NCBI GenBank assembly: GCA_964615185.1
Contig: CAZTOS010000013.1
Span: 1-37,942 of the forward strand
DNA from: an uncultured Thermococci archaeon
GTDB lineage: Archaea; Methanobacteriota_B; Thermococci; Thermococcales; Thermococcaceae
Direction of reading: 5' to 3'
Length of the DNA stretch: 37,942 nucleotides
Below are positions 1 through 8,850 of this stretch, piece after piece. The notes under the pieces are model-generated. The model did not search any database. It worked only from the letters and a program-made list of their open reading frames with translations, and had not been told where the DNA came from. Each line of letters begins with the position of its first letter. The stretch's first letter is position 1. Both the position numbers and the translations under genes were made by a program.

Positions 1-2
1 TG

Positions 3-1172
3 AGAAGACAACTCTTCTTTAACCACGAAAAAGTGGACTTTAACAAGACTGAGAAAACAGTTTACGAGGAATTCAAGCGAGAAATTGGTTCTGCAACCGT
101 CCAGCAAATAGCGAGGAAGAACGCTGAAGCCTGGCGGAGCTTCTTCACCCTCATAAAGAAGCGGAGAGAACTGCTAAAGTGGTTAAAACCAAAACCACCA
201 AACTATCAGAAGGAAAACGGTAAAAGAAAACCCCTGATCATCCTGAGAAACGACCAGTACAAGATCGAGGGCAACAAACTAATTCTCAAAGGTCTTGGAA
301 AATTCAAGAGACTTGAAATCCAATTCAAGGGTAGAATACACTTGAAGGGTAAACAAGGCAGGCTTGAAATTGTTTACGATGACGTGAAGCGAAAGTGGTA
401 CGCTCACATCAGTTTTAACGTTGAAGAGAAATTTAGGAGAGGTTGGGTTAGAATTCCGAGAGAGCCGAAGGGGGACCTCTCCGCAGGAATTGATTTAGGA
501 GTGAATAATCTAATGGCTGTTTATGTTGAGAATGGTGAGAGTTTTCTCGTGAATGGGAGACCGCTCAAGAGTATTGCCTTTTATTGGCAGAAAAAGATAG
601 CAGAGTACCAGTCGAAACTCAACAAGAGTGGAGCAAAGAAGAGTAGAAAATTAAAGAGAATGCATGAGAAGGCTAAATTACAAGCAAGACACTACATTAA
701 CACGGCAGTTAGACAAACTGTCGAGAAACTCTACTCTTTAGGAGTTTCAAGAATTGTTGTTGGCTATCCAAAAGAAATTGCAAGAGAGCCTAATAAGGGT
801 AAAAAGCAGAATTTTATTCTCTCTCACGTTTGGCGGTTTAATTACGTAATAAAACGGCTCACTAAGGTTACTGAGGAATATGGTATTCAAGTTGTCTTGG
901 TGGATGAGGCTTTCACTTCTAAGCTTTGCCCCGTTTGCGGGAAGCCCCACGAAGGGGCCCGCTTTGTCAGGGGTTTGTTTAAGTGTCCCGCAGAGGGGCT
1001 TGTTATGAACGCTGACTTGGTTGGAGCGTTCAACATTTTGAAGAAGGTTGTGAGAACGATAACCCCGAATCTGAGCGGTCTTTACGCTCAGAGGAGGGGT
1101 AATGGGGGGAAGACCCTCCCCGAGGGGCTGAAGTTAAGTTATGAAGCCCCTCAAACCTCCCTGCCTAACTGA
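3..1172 (+). CDS. tnpB: IS200/IS605-family TnpB RNA-guided endonuclease (5' end truncated by window)
   Basis: Frame is open from base 3 (RRQLFFNHEKVDF...). RuvC-I AGIDLGVNN, IVVGYPK, VDEAFTSKLCPVCG Zn ribbon, RuvC-III NADLVGAFNI. Confidence 0.93.
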   Translation, partial: RRQLFFNHEKVDFNKTEKTVYEEFKREIGSATVQQIARKNAEAWRSFFTLIKKRRELLKWLKPKPPNYQKENGKRKPLIILRNDQYKIEGNKLILKGLGKFKRLEIQFKGRIHLKGKQGRLEIVYDDVKRKWYAHISFNVEEKFRRGWVRIPREPKGDLSAGIDLGVNNLMAVYVENGESFLVNGRPLKSIAFYWQKKIAEYQSKLNKSGAKKSRKLKRMHEKAKLQARHYINTAVRQTVEKLYSLGVSRIVVGYPKEIAREPNKGKKQNFILSHVWRFNYVIKRLTKVTEEYGIQVVLVDEAFTSKLCPVCGKPHEGARFVRGLFKCPAEGLVMNADLVGAFNILKKVVRTITPNLSGLYAQRRGNGGKTLPEGLKLSYEAPQTSLPN

Positions 1173-1218
1173 AACCCTCGCAAAGGGGAGGAGGTCAGGG
1201 TGTGTTTATATATCTGGA
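1085..1218 (+). ncRNA. Predicted TnpB omegaRNA / IS right end, with guide from flanking DNA
   Basis: GC-rich stems overlap the tnpB 3' end: GAGGGGCT 1122-1129 / AGCCCCTC 1145-1152 and ACCTCC 1155-1160 / GGAGGT 1190-1195. Ends in GGAGGAGGTCAG (TCAG 1195-1198), as in archaeal IS605 right ends. Boundaries approximate. Confidence 0.65.
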
Positions 1219-1277
1219 AAAATGGATTTTGTAGAGGTGGAATGTTTGCAGTATTGAAGGCTGAGGTGGTGGTTGAG

Positions 1278-2756
1278 ATGATAGCTATTGTAACTTTTAC
1301 AGACCCCCGACCAACGGCTCTTTCAAAGGAACGTGAAAGAGCCCTAATGGAAAAGCACAAAGCATTAATCGAAGCTTTAAAAGAATTTGATGTGCTGGAT
1401 GTCAATGCAGAACTGAAAAAGTATGAAGCATTCGAAAAAGGAGAAAACTTTGGAATTGATGATAAAGAGGAAGTCCTTAAGGCGGCAAGGATAATAAGCT
1501 CAAAAGATGTAAGTGGAATAATCCTTGGCTTGTGGCACTGGACTGAAAGTAACCTCATAACTCTTCTGGCTAAAGAAACAAACAAACCTTTGCTTTTGTA
1601 TGCAGATGATGATCCAGCATGGGCAGGAACGACTTGCATAACATCTGTTGGGTCATCACTTTGGGAAAGTTCCGTAAACTATTATGCACTTCATCACACC
1701 AGATTGAAAGGTGATATTGAGAAGGTCAAAGCATGGGTTAGGGCAGTGGAGGCAGTATCAAAGCTCTCTAAGAAATCTCTTCTCATCTGGGGAGCGCCTT
1801 ATACTTTAGGGATGGAACACCTAATGGATGATTTACCAAGACTAAAGCGCTTCATTGGAGATTTCTTGATGATTGACCAGTACCTAATTGTCAAAAAAGC
1901 TGATGAAATGCTGAGTGATGAAAAACTGAGGGTTAGTGTGGAGGAGTTCTATGACTGGCTCACTTCAAAAGTTAAAGTAAAGTTTGACAACGTTATGCTG
2001 ACCCCAGAAGCTCTGAGGAGGCAAATAGCTATCTACTTGGCAGCAAAAGATGTTTGGAAGGAGTATGAGAATGAAGTTGCTGGAGTTTCGATTAAATGCC
2101 AACCAGAACTGAGTGAAATTTATGGAGTTACAGCCTGTTTAATTCCGGCACTGTTTCCATTTGACTTGGATGCAAAAGGAAAGAAACCGGTAATTCCAGC
2201 CACCTGCGAAGGGGACATTAAGGGAACTATAAGCTCGATTTTACTGTTCTACCTAAGCGGAAAGCCACCTCTCTTTGGGGATATAAAATATGTAGACGAT
2301 GAGCTTGTCCTGATAGCAAACTGTGGAGCTTCTTCACTTTACTACGCAAAGCTGAGCGAAAATCCGGAGGAAAATCTAAGTGCGACGACCATACAGGGAC
2401 AGTGCCAAGGAAAGAGTGGCGGTGCTCTGACATATAGAACTCCAAAGACCACTTTAACAATTGCAAGACTCATCAGGATTGACGGAGAATACTATCTGCT
2501 TTACTTCTTAGGCGAAGGTGTCGAAATAACTGAAGAAATTGAGAAAAAGCTTAAATGGGGTAAGCAGTGGCCGCATACAGCCGTGAGAAATCCTCTCGAC
2601 AAGGAGAAATTCATTGCAATTATGGGTGCAAATCACCTTTCCGCTGTTCCTGGAGATTACACAGTAGAGCTTGAGTTCATAGCCAAGCTTTGGGGAATCA
2701 AAGCCGTTGACCTGTCAAATGAGGAAGAAGTCAAAGAGCTTTTGAAGAAAGTATGA
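1278..2756 (+). CDS. L-fucose/L-arabinose isomerase family protein
   Basis: GAGGTG RBS at 1263-1268 before ATG 1278. Motifs SIKCQPEL, ATCEGD, NCG, WPH, GANH typical of the FucI/AraA-like family. Confidence 0.8.
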   Translation: MIAIVTFTDPRPTALSKERERALMEKHKALIEALKEFDVLDVNAELKKYEAFEKGENFGIDDKEEVLKAARIISSKDVSGIILGLWHWTESNLITLLAKETNKPLLLYADDDPAWAGTTCITSVGSSLWESSVNYYALHHTRLKGDIEKVKAWVRAVEAVSKLSKKSLLIWGAPYTLGMEHLMDDLPRLKRFIGDFLMIDQYLIVKKADEMLSDEKLRVSVEEFYDWLTSKVKVKFDNVMLTPEALRRQIAIYLAAKDVWKEYENEVAGVSIKCQPELSEIYGVTACLIPALFPFDLDAKGKKPVIPATCEGDIKGTISSILLFYLSGKPPLFGDIKYVDDELVLIANCGASSLYYAKLSENPEENLSATTIQGQCQGKSGGALTYRTPKTTLTIARLIRIDGEYYLLYFLGEGVEITEEIEKKLKWGKQWPHTAVRNPLDKEKFIAIMGANHLSAVPGDYTVELEFIAKLWGIKAVDLSNEEEVKELLKKV

Positions 2757-2794
2757 TTTTTATATTCCTTTTTCCCAATTTATTGTGATGGGCA

Positions 2795-3025
2795 ATGTAT
2801 AAAGGATTGGCTATAATTTTTGGCTTTCTCTTTCTGGGGGAGATTGTGGTTAGGGGTTTGAATCTTCCAATTCCCGGCAATGTAGTGGGCATGGTTCTCC
2901 TAACCTTAGCGCTGATTTTTAATGTTGTTAAAATTGAGGATGTTGAAAAAGAAGCAGAGTTATTTGTGAAAAACATGAGCATAATGTTTATTCCCCCTGG
3001 AGTCGGTATAGTTTTATATTGGGGC
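2795..3025 (+). pseudogene. cidA: CidA/LrgA holin-like membrane protein, 3'-truncated by insertion
   Basis: LPIPGNVVGMVLL and NMSIMFIPPGVG are CidA/LrgA motifs. Similarity stops at YWG, where the MITE begins; the last TM helix is missing. Confidence 0.8.
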
Positions 3026-3277
3026 TGTTTCGTAAATAGGAACTTACGAAACATTTGCGGCTTTTGTTTTGCGTAATTTTTATATAGCCTTGTGGGGTAG
3101 TTTTTAGTGATGTAGCAGTCTCCGGTATGTGGGGTTTTGTAAGCCCGAATGGAGACTTAACGGAAGATGTGGGGAGTTTCCGTTCCCCCCGAAAGCCACC
3201 CAATGAAGACGGGAGGGTGGAAGGTTAGCCGTAACGACGTTTACGAACTTTACAAAAGTTACGGCTAACCAGAACGG
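3023..3277 (+). mobile_element. Non-autonomous IS607-like MITE (left end plus tnpB 3' tail/right end)
   Basis: Perfect IR TGTTTCGTAA 3026-3035 / TTACGAAACA 3044-3053 and perfect IR GGTTAGCCGTAAC 3223-3235 / GTTACGGCTAACC 3258-3270. Encodes KMWGVSVPPESHPMKTGG..., resembling archaeal TnpB C-terminal tails. GG at both junctions. Confidence 0.7.
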
Positions 3278-3723
3278 TTTTCACTTCCCTTATTCTTCCT
3301 TATCTTATTAATGTCCTCAAGTAAGCATTCGCTAACTCGAAGTTTGTCCTGGGCATCTAAGAAAAGGGTGAAGTCTCTTTTTGCAATCCTATCATCTATA
3401 GGAGCGTGTTCCACAAGAAAAGCTATTATCTCGGCTGTACTGTAGGGAACCTTAATTTTGAGTTCATCTGCTTTTTTAAACAGCTTATCAGGGATTGTGA
3501 AGATGTCCTCTCCTTTTTTTACTTCCACACTAATCTTTGAAGTTATCTGCTCCCAGATCAACAGGGTATTTTTAGCTTTTTCAATTTTTTCCAAGGCTCT
3601 GTGTTCAAGTATGCTGACATTCGCCCTGCTTGTGCCCAGAAGCTCAGCTATTTCGCTCTGCTTAAGTCCTTTGGCTCTTAGTTGAAGTATTCTAATCTGC
3701 TGTTCTGTAAGAAAGCTCTTCAT
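3265..3723 (-). CDS. tfx: Tfx family DNA-binding protein
   Basis: SFLTEQQIRILQLRAKGLKQSEIAELLGTSRANVSILEHRALEKIEKAKNTL HTH plus the Tfx C-terminal domain. Stop codon lies within the MITE end. Confidence 0.9.
   Translation of the reverse strand: MKSFLTEQQIRILQLRAKGLKQSEIAELLGTSRANVSILEHRALEKIEKAKNTLLIWEQITSKISVEVKKGEDIFTIPDKLFKKADELKIKVPYSTAEIIAFLVEHAPIDDRIAKRDFTLFLDAQDKLRVSECLLEDINKIRKNKGSENRSG
3277..3324 (+). pseudogene. Residual C-terminus of LrgB/CidB
   Basis: Reads VFTSLILPYLINVLK*, like the last helix of LrgB, at the position expected downstream of cidA. Confidence 0.55.
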
Positions 3724-3756
3724 TTTAAACACCTTAATTTAACATCACACTAATTA

Positions 3757-4029
3757 TTAAAAAATTTTTGGAATGCCAAGTTCTTCGGGTAAAATTAGGC
3801 ATGTAGAGTATTGAGATCTTGTCAAATACTCAATATACTTCCCCTCTATTTTTAGAAGAAGTTTTTTAAATGGTTTGAATATTTTCACGGATTTTCCCAT
3901 GTCCTCTTTAATCTCAAGAAGATAACACTCAACTGTTTCCCCAGCAGTTATATATGGATAGAATTTGGTTAATTCTTTCAAATCGCGATGGTTTATATAA
4001 TTCCATTGTCTTAGGATAGTTAGTCTCAT
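3757..4029 (-). CDS. Hypothetical protein (possibly a fragment)
   Basis: 90-aa ORF with a TATA-like element upstream; no recognised motif. Confidence 0.35.
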   Translation of the reverse strand: MRLTILRQWNYINHRDLKELTKFYPYITAGETVECYLLEIKEDMGKSVKIFKPFKKLLLKIEGKYIEYLTRSQYSTCLILPEELGIPKIF

Positions 4030-4071
4030 ATACTCTTTTGTTTAAACTTTATATAGTAATTAACCCCTGTT

Positions 4072-4112
4072 TTGTTGAACAACCAATAATTTTTTATATG
4101 ATTGTTCAACAA
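4072..4112. promoter_or_regulatory. Inverted-repeat operator flanking the TATA box of the abiE operon
   Basis: TTGTTGAACAA 4072-4082 and TTGTTCAACAA 4102-4112 flank TTTTATAT 4092-4099; ATG at 4121. Confidence 0.65.
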
Positions 4113-4120
4113 CTTGAAAC

Positions 4121-4762
4121 ATGAGACGACTTGCGATTAGGTATATAATCTCAAGATTTGGAGGTAGTGCCGTTACAAAAGATGAGCTGAAAGAGGTTAG
4201 TGAGAAGTTTGGCATTGACATTAATTATTTTGTCAATTACCTGTTATCCCAAGGCTACATGATTAGGATTCTTAGGGGCGTGTATTACGTTAAAACGATT
4301 GAAGAAATTGGATTAAAACGAGCTCCTGATGTGTTTAGAGCAATTGCAAAGGGGCTTGATAGACTCAATGTGATATGGTACTATGGACTGTTTACTGCCT
4401 TGAGACTCAATGGCATGACTCACGAATATTTCAACATAATATTCGTCCTCAATGACAAAGTAATCCGGTCAAAAACAGTTAAAATTCTTGGGGAGAACGT
4501 CAAATTTGTAAAAATAAAGCCAACTTTAGCCTCTTTTGGAATAATCAAAAGTGACGAGGTAAAGTTCTCAGATCCTGAAAAAACAATCTTGGACTTCATA
4601 TACCTCTCAAGGTATAATAAACGGCTCAAACCACATGCAGAGGAGGTTTTAGTAGAATACGGAGACAAGATTAACTGGGCTATTTTATGTAACTACCTAG
4701 AAAAATATCCAAAGAGCGTACAAAAGGAGGTTTTAAAGTATGAACGAGAGGGAATTTGTTGA
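4121..4762 (+). CDS. Type IV toxin-antitoxin antitoxin, AbiEi family
   Basis: N-terminal wHTH (GYMIRILRGVYYV), YYGLFTALRLNGM, SDPEKTILDFIY. Overlaps the downstream nucleotidyltransferase gene. Confidence 0.85.
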   Translation: MRRLAIRYIISRFGGSAVTKDELKEVSEKFGIDINYFVNYLLSQGYMIRILRGVYYVKTIEEIGLKRAPDVFRAIAKGLDRLNVIWYYGLFTALRLNGMTHEYFNIIFVLNDKVIRSKTVKILGENVKFVKIKPTLASFGIIKSDEVKFSDPEKTILDFIYLSRYNKRLKPHAEEVLVEYGDKINWAILCNYLEKYPKSVQKEVLKYEREGIC

Positions 4763-5687
4763 GTTTATAATTCAAAAAACAGGAATTAAAAAGGGAAACC
4801 TCATACGAAAGGATATCATCCTACATTCCATTTTGAGAGAATTATACTCAAATGAATACTTTTCTACCAACTACCTTTTCAAGGGAGGGACATGCTTGAT
4901 TAAATGTTATCTCGGTTACTATCGCTTCAGTGTTGATTTGGACTTTACAAGTAGAGATCCTCAAACGTGGATGGAACTTTCAAGACGAAGCCGAGAAAGG
5001 GAACTCAAAGCTGAAGCCATAAAACTTGCGGGGCTAATTGAGGGTATTGCCAGTAAAAGGGGTCTAGAATTTAAAGCAGATTTGAGGGATAGGAATTATG
5101 TGGAATTTGGTGGAGGATCAAGGATGATTACTTTCAAGCTGTATTATCCTGAGGGAGTAATGCGTGAGATGATAAAGATTCAAGTTAACTTGGTGGAAAG
5201 GCTTCTTTTTGAGCCCAAAAATGTTAATGCTAAATCCCTGCTTTCGGGTGTTCAATTGAGTGACGAGGAGAAGGCATATTTTTCAGAGTTCCTTGAGGAT
5301 TACTCTGATGTCCCTGTTTCTGTATATGATCTGCGGGAGATTTTAACAGAAAAAGTTAGAGCACTTTTAACCCGAAAGAAGGTGAAATTCAGGGACATTT
5401 ACGATTTGTATTATCTTGAAAAAGAAGCAGGCTTGAGGATTGAAGACTATATTGGGGAAATAACTCAAAAGCTTTTATTTGCACTGAAATTTGAGAGGTA
5501 TTCTATTAACTTCCAAAAGGTTATGGAGTCAATTTCATTCCTTGAGGCCACTGCAACAGAAGAAGAGTTATTTTTGCTAAATGTTCCGTTTAATGCCGAA
5601 GATTTCAAGAAGTTTTTGAAAAAACTGTCCAAGCAGATCAATGCAATTGGATCAGAAATTTGCGAAATAAAAAGTGTCGAAAATTAG
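4740..5687 (+). CDS. AbiEii/AbiGii-family nucleotidyltransferase toxin (DUF1814-like)
   Basis: LFKGGTCL, YRFSVDLDF, EKVRALLTR, RDIYDL motifs. Confidence 0.92.
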   Translation: MNEREFVEFIIQKTGIKKGNLIRKDIILHSILRELYSNEYFSTNYLFKGGTCLIKCYLGYYRFSVDLDFTSRDPQTWMELSRRSRERELKAEAIKLAGLIEGIASKRGLEFKADLRDRNYVEFGGGSRMITFKLYYPEGVMREMIKIQVNLVERLLFEPKNVNAKSLLSGVQLSDEEKAYFSEFLEDYSDVPVSVYDLREILTEKVRALLTRKKVKFRDIYDLYYLEKEAGLRIEDYIGEITQKLLFALKFERYSINFQKVMESISFLEATATEEELFLLNVPFNAEDFKKFLKKLSKQINAIGSEICEIKSVEN

Positions 5688-5924
5688 ATTTTCACTGGCT
5701 GATTGTCTTGAGTTTTCTCCATGTTTTTCGATCTCTTCAAGTTCTTTCCACCACCATAACTTCTGGCTTCTTCTTGGGCTTCTCCCATATCTATAGTCTA
5801 ATCTTTTCCACTTCTTCATTAACTCTCTTGCCTCTTCAATTGCCATTATATCTCGTGACTAAATACTTTTAAAATTACTACTCCAAAAATTAATTAGGCT
5901 CCACGAAAATGGAGGTGCTCAACA

Positions 5925-6209
5925 ATGAAGAAAAGTAATAGCTCTTTTGGAAAATGGGGCGTATACAAAGATGTTCACGTAACGCTACCTATTTGGTTGA
6001 TATGCGAAATAAAAAAGCGCGGGGATTCTTTGAGTGAGTTCCTAGAACGTGCTGCCGTGTTTTGGTTGGAACATGAGCAAGGATTTTTAAAAGAGTTTTT
6101 GGTGGTCCCGCGGCCCGGATTTGAACCGGGGACCTGCGGATCTACAGTCCGCCGCCACTCCCAGGCTAGGCTACCGCGGGACCCTACAGCCCAGCCCTTC
6201 GTTATGTAG
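5925..6209 (+). pseudogene. Probable N-terminal fragment (intN) of a split SSV-type integrase overlapping tRNA-Tyr
   Basis: GGAGGTG RBS at 5911. RHH-like segment KDVHVTLPIWLICEIKKRGDSLSEFLERAA reads in frame into the antisense tRNA (VVPRPGFEPGT). Confidence 0.55.
6103..6180 (-). tRNA. tRNA-Tyr(GTA)
   Basis: CCCGCGG/CCGCGGG acceptor stem, GCGGA-CT-GTA-GA-TCCGC anticodon arm, GGTTCAAATCC T-loop, encoded CCA; BRE/TATA upstream at ~6222-6236. Confidence 0.97.
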
Positions 6210-6266
6210 TCCATAGGGTTGATTTATAAATTTTTCCCCAAGAATTTTCAGGAGGAGAGTAAAAGT

Positions 6267-7343
6267 TCACTCTTTTTCAACCCTCACTCTGAGCTCCTCT
6301 GCAAACCAGTTAACACGCTGCGGGAAGGGGATTTCTATTCCTTCCCTCTCAAGGGCATTTTTCAGCTTTTCAAGCACTGTGCTCCTAACATCAAACCATT
6401 TCTCACTTGGTGCCCAGGCTTTAACATAAATGTTTACACTGTTTTCTCCAAGCTCATGGATATAAACTGCTGGTTCAGGCTCGGCCAGAACATAGGGCAT
6501 ATCTTCTAAGGTTTCTTTTATCACTTTAATGGCCTTGTTTATATCTTCTTTATATGCTATGCCAATAAGGACGTCAACCCTTCTTGCTGGAAACTTCTGA
6601 AGATTCTTTATTTCACTATTAAACACCTTTTCATTTGGAATTCTTACCAAAACCCCGTCCCATGTTCTTATCCTTGTTGAAAGGATCCTTATGTCGTTGA
6701 CTATTCCAGAATAGCCAGCAACTTCAACGGGGTCGCCAATTTTAAGGGGCTTATCAAAATACATGAATATTCCTGAGATGAAGTTTGCTATCACCGTCTG
6801 CGCTGAAAAACCAAGGATTATTCCAGTTATCCCTGCGGCAGCAATTATGGTTGTCAGCTTTCCTGTGAAACCTGCAATGTTTAGCGCTACAAAAAATGCT
6901 ATCGTAAGCAGGGAGTAATAGAACAGCTTTGCTTTGAGCTGAACTTCAGGAAGTTTCCCTTTCTTCGCCCCACTCATCAAAAGGTAGTCTTTAGACTTCT
7001 TTGCGATGAGATATGAAAAGTAGAACACAAGGAAAGCGCTTATTATGTTGCTCAGTGTGGTTCCAGCCACACTAATGGAGAGGACTCCAACAGTGTCGAG
7101 GGAATATATAAGGGCAATTACTATGATTAGCCTTCTTATAGCCTCTCCAGTGTCTTCATTTATTATCCACACATACTTTGTAGTTCTCGATATCCCTATA
7201 ATCCATTTTTTGATGATGTTTGCTATAATAATCCCCATTAACAAAATCGCTACAGCTTTTACCATCATGATTGGGGTTATCTCTGCCAGAGGGGTCGAGG
7301 AAAAGAAAGCAGTGATATTAAAAGCTGTTTCCACTTTCACCAC
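6267..7343 (-). CDS. mscS: Small-conductance mechanosensitive channel
   Basis: GIILGFSAQTVIANFISG, PLKIGD, IPN, GIEIPFPQR. Confidence 0.95.
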   Translation of the reverse strand: MVKVETAFNITAFFSSTPLAEITPIMMVKAVAILLMGIIIANIIKKWIIGISRTTKYVWIINEDTGEAIRRLIIVIALIYSLDTVGVLSISVAGTTLSNIISAFLVFYFSYLIAKKSKDYLLMSGAKKGKLPEVQLKAKLFYYSLLTIAFFVALNIAGFTGKLTTIIAAAGITGIILGFSAQTVIANFISGIFMYFDKPLKIGDPVEVAGYSGIVNDIRILSTRIRTWDGVLVRIPNEKVFNSEIKNLQKFPARRVDVLIGIAYKEDINKAIKVIKETLEDMPYVLAEPEPAVYIHELGENSVNIYVKAWAPSEKWFDVRSTVLEKLKNALEREGIEIPFPQRVNWFAEELRVRVEKE

Positions 7344-7975
7344 CTCATCATGAAGTTTGGTAATGATAATGCTTCCTTTGTGGGGATTAGATTTTCTTTT
7401 GGAGGCTTTCCGGTGTTGTTGACTTCTTGTACATTAGCTTTTAGTGTAACTGCCAATAGAGGATAGTATGCTTTTTCTGCAGTATAGAACATCACACTGT
7501 CCTTTATTGGAAATACAATTCTGTCTACCATTTTCCATTCTTTTGAAGGATTGCTAATAATTATTTTTACAACTCCTGCAGACTCAGGTTCTTTTAAATA
7601 AAAAGGGCTCCTGTAATATCTTGTAATAACACCAACATCCACAGTTCCGTAAAGGGCATATTTCTCTTGTCCCAGAATGAAGTGATCGATTATCAGTTTT
7701 CCAATTTTTATATCCACCTCTATAGGCGCTTCAGCATATCCAGAAATTGCATCTCTCGGGGGAATTGCTATTGGCTCATCAAACCTGATCATAAGGAGCT
7801 TGACCCCATAACCAATGGCAGGAGAAGGTAGAATTTTTAGCTTTCCAGATTTTTTTATTATCCTCTTGACATCATCTCTCCTATAAACTACAATATCATT
7901 TGTCTCCTCTGTAATGTGAATCTTTTTATCAAAAACTCTGATGAATCTTGTCTTTAGCTCATATTCTCCAAACAT
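7337..7975 (-). CDS. DUF432 domain protein
   Basis: KYALYGTVDVGVITRY motif; translationally coupled to mscS, a common arrangement in Euryarchaeota. Confidence 0.75.
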   Translation of the reverse strand: MFGEYELKTRFIRVFDKKIHITEETNDIVVYRRDDVKRIIKKSGKLKILPSPAIGYGVKLLMIRFDEPIAIPPRDAISGYAEAPIEVDIKIGKLIIDHFILGQEKYALYGTVDVGVITRYYRSPFYLKEPESAGVVKIIISNPSKEWKMVDRIVFPIKDSVMFYTAEKAYYPLLAVTLKANVQEVNNTGKPPKENLIPTKEALSLPNFMMRW

Positions 7976-8079
7976 GAAAGAAAATATGGAGAAAAAGATT
8001 AAAAGTTTTGCTTAAGGTATTCTTAAGATTTAAAAATGTTTAAATCAAAAAGCCGGGAACAAATTGTGGAGGGAGGGGA

Positions 8080-8850
8080 ATGTATGAGAAGATGGAAATT
8101 TTAAGTGAGATAAAGGAACTCATGGAAAATGACAACTTGTTTGAAATGTTCAAAAAGACGTTTGAAGAATACGAATATTACTTCAACACGACAAATTACA
8201 TTGTTCTGAATGTTTATCAATTTAACGATCATGGGAGCATACATGTCCTTTTAACCACCAGAAGGGCTCTTGAACTGCTTAAGATACTCAAGAAGTTTGG
8301 AATTCAGACGACTGCCGAGAAACTTGGTAAGTCCTTTGAGTGGAGCAAGTTTATAGTTGCGTTTGGTGCCCTCTTTCACGACATTGGAAACATGATCCAT
8401 CGTGAGAACCACTATCTCTTCAGCACTGTTCTGGCAGAGCCCATTATAGACAGGCTTGCTAAGGAATTTGAAAAGTCAGATTGGCTGCTTTTGAAGGCAT
8501 TAACGCTTAATGCTATCTATACCCATGACGAAGCAACACAATGTACAACGATTGAGGGTAGTTGCGTTACAGTAGCTGATGGCTGTGATATGGAACAGGG
8601 GCGTTCAAGACTTGTTCACAAGCATGATAGGGTTGATATTCACTCAGTTTCGGCACTTGCAATTGAAAAAGTTGAGATACAAGAAGGAGACAGCAGAACA
8701 CCTATAGTTATAGATGTCAGAATGAAACACCTATCTGGAATCTTCCAGGTAGATGAAATTCTGACCAAGAAAGTCAAAAACTCCCTGTTAACAGGAAAAG
8801 TTAGGATTAGGATTCATGCGGAAAATCAAGTATTGGAGAAGGTGATTTAA
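8080..8850 (+). CDS. HD-domain metal-dependent phosphohydrolase
   Basis: NDHGSIH, ALFHDIGNMIHR, HD, VADGCD motifs. Confidence 0.88.
   Translation: MYEKMEILSEIKELMENDNLFEMFKKTFEEYEYYFNTTNYIVLNVYQFNDHGSIHVLLTTRRALELLKILKKFGIQTTAEKLGKSFEWSKFIVAFGALFHDIGNMIHRENHYLFSTVLAEPIIDRLAKEFEKSDWLLLKALTLNAIYTHDEATQCTTIEGSCVTVADGCDMEQGRSRLVHKHDRVDIHSVSALAIEKVEIQEGDSRTPIVIDVRMKHLSGIFQVDEILTKKVKNSLLTGKVRIRIHAENQVLEKVI

Noticed and set aside
1200..1277. N-terminal extension of the isomerase ORF
   Set aside because: Covers the promoter region; the RBS supports ATG 1278.
5652..5846. 64-aa minus-strand ORF
   Set aside because: Looks like a frameshifted fragment with no assignable family.
6100..6105. CCACCA 3' end on tRNA-Tyr
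   Set aside because: The extra CCA is most simply flanking or intN coding sequence, removed during processing.
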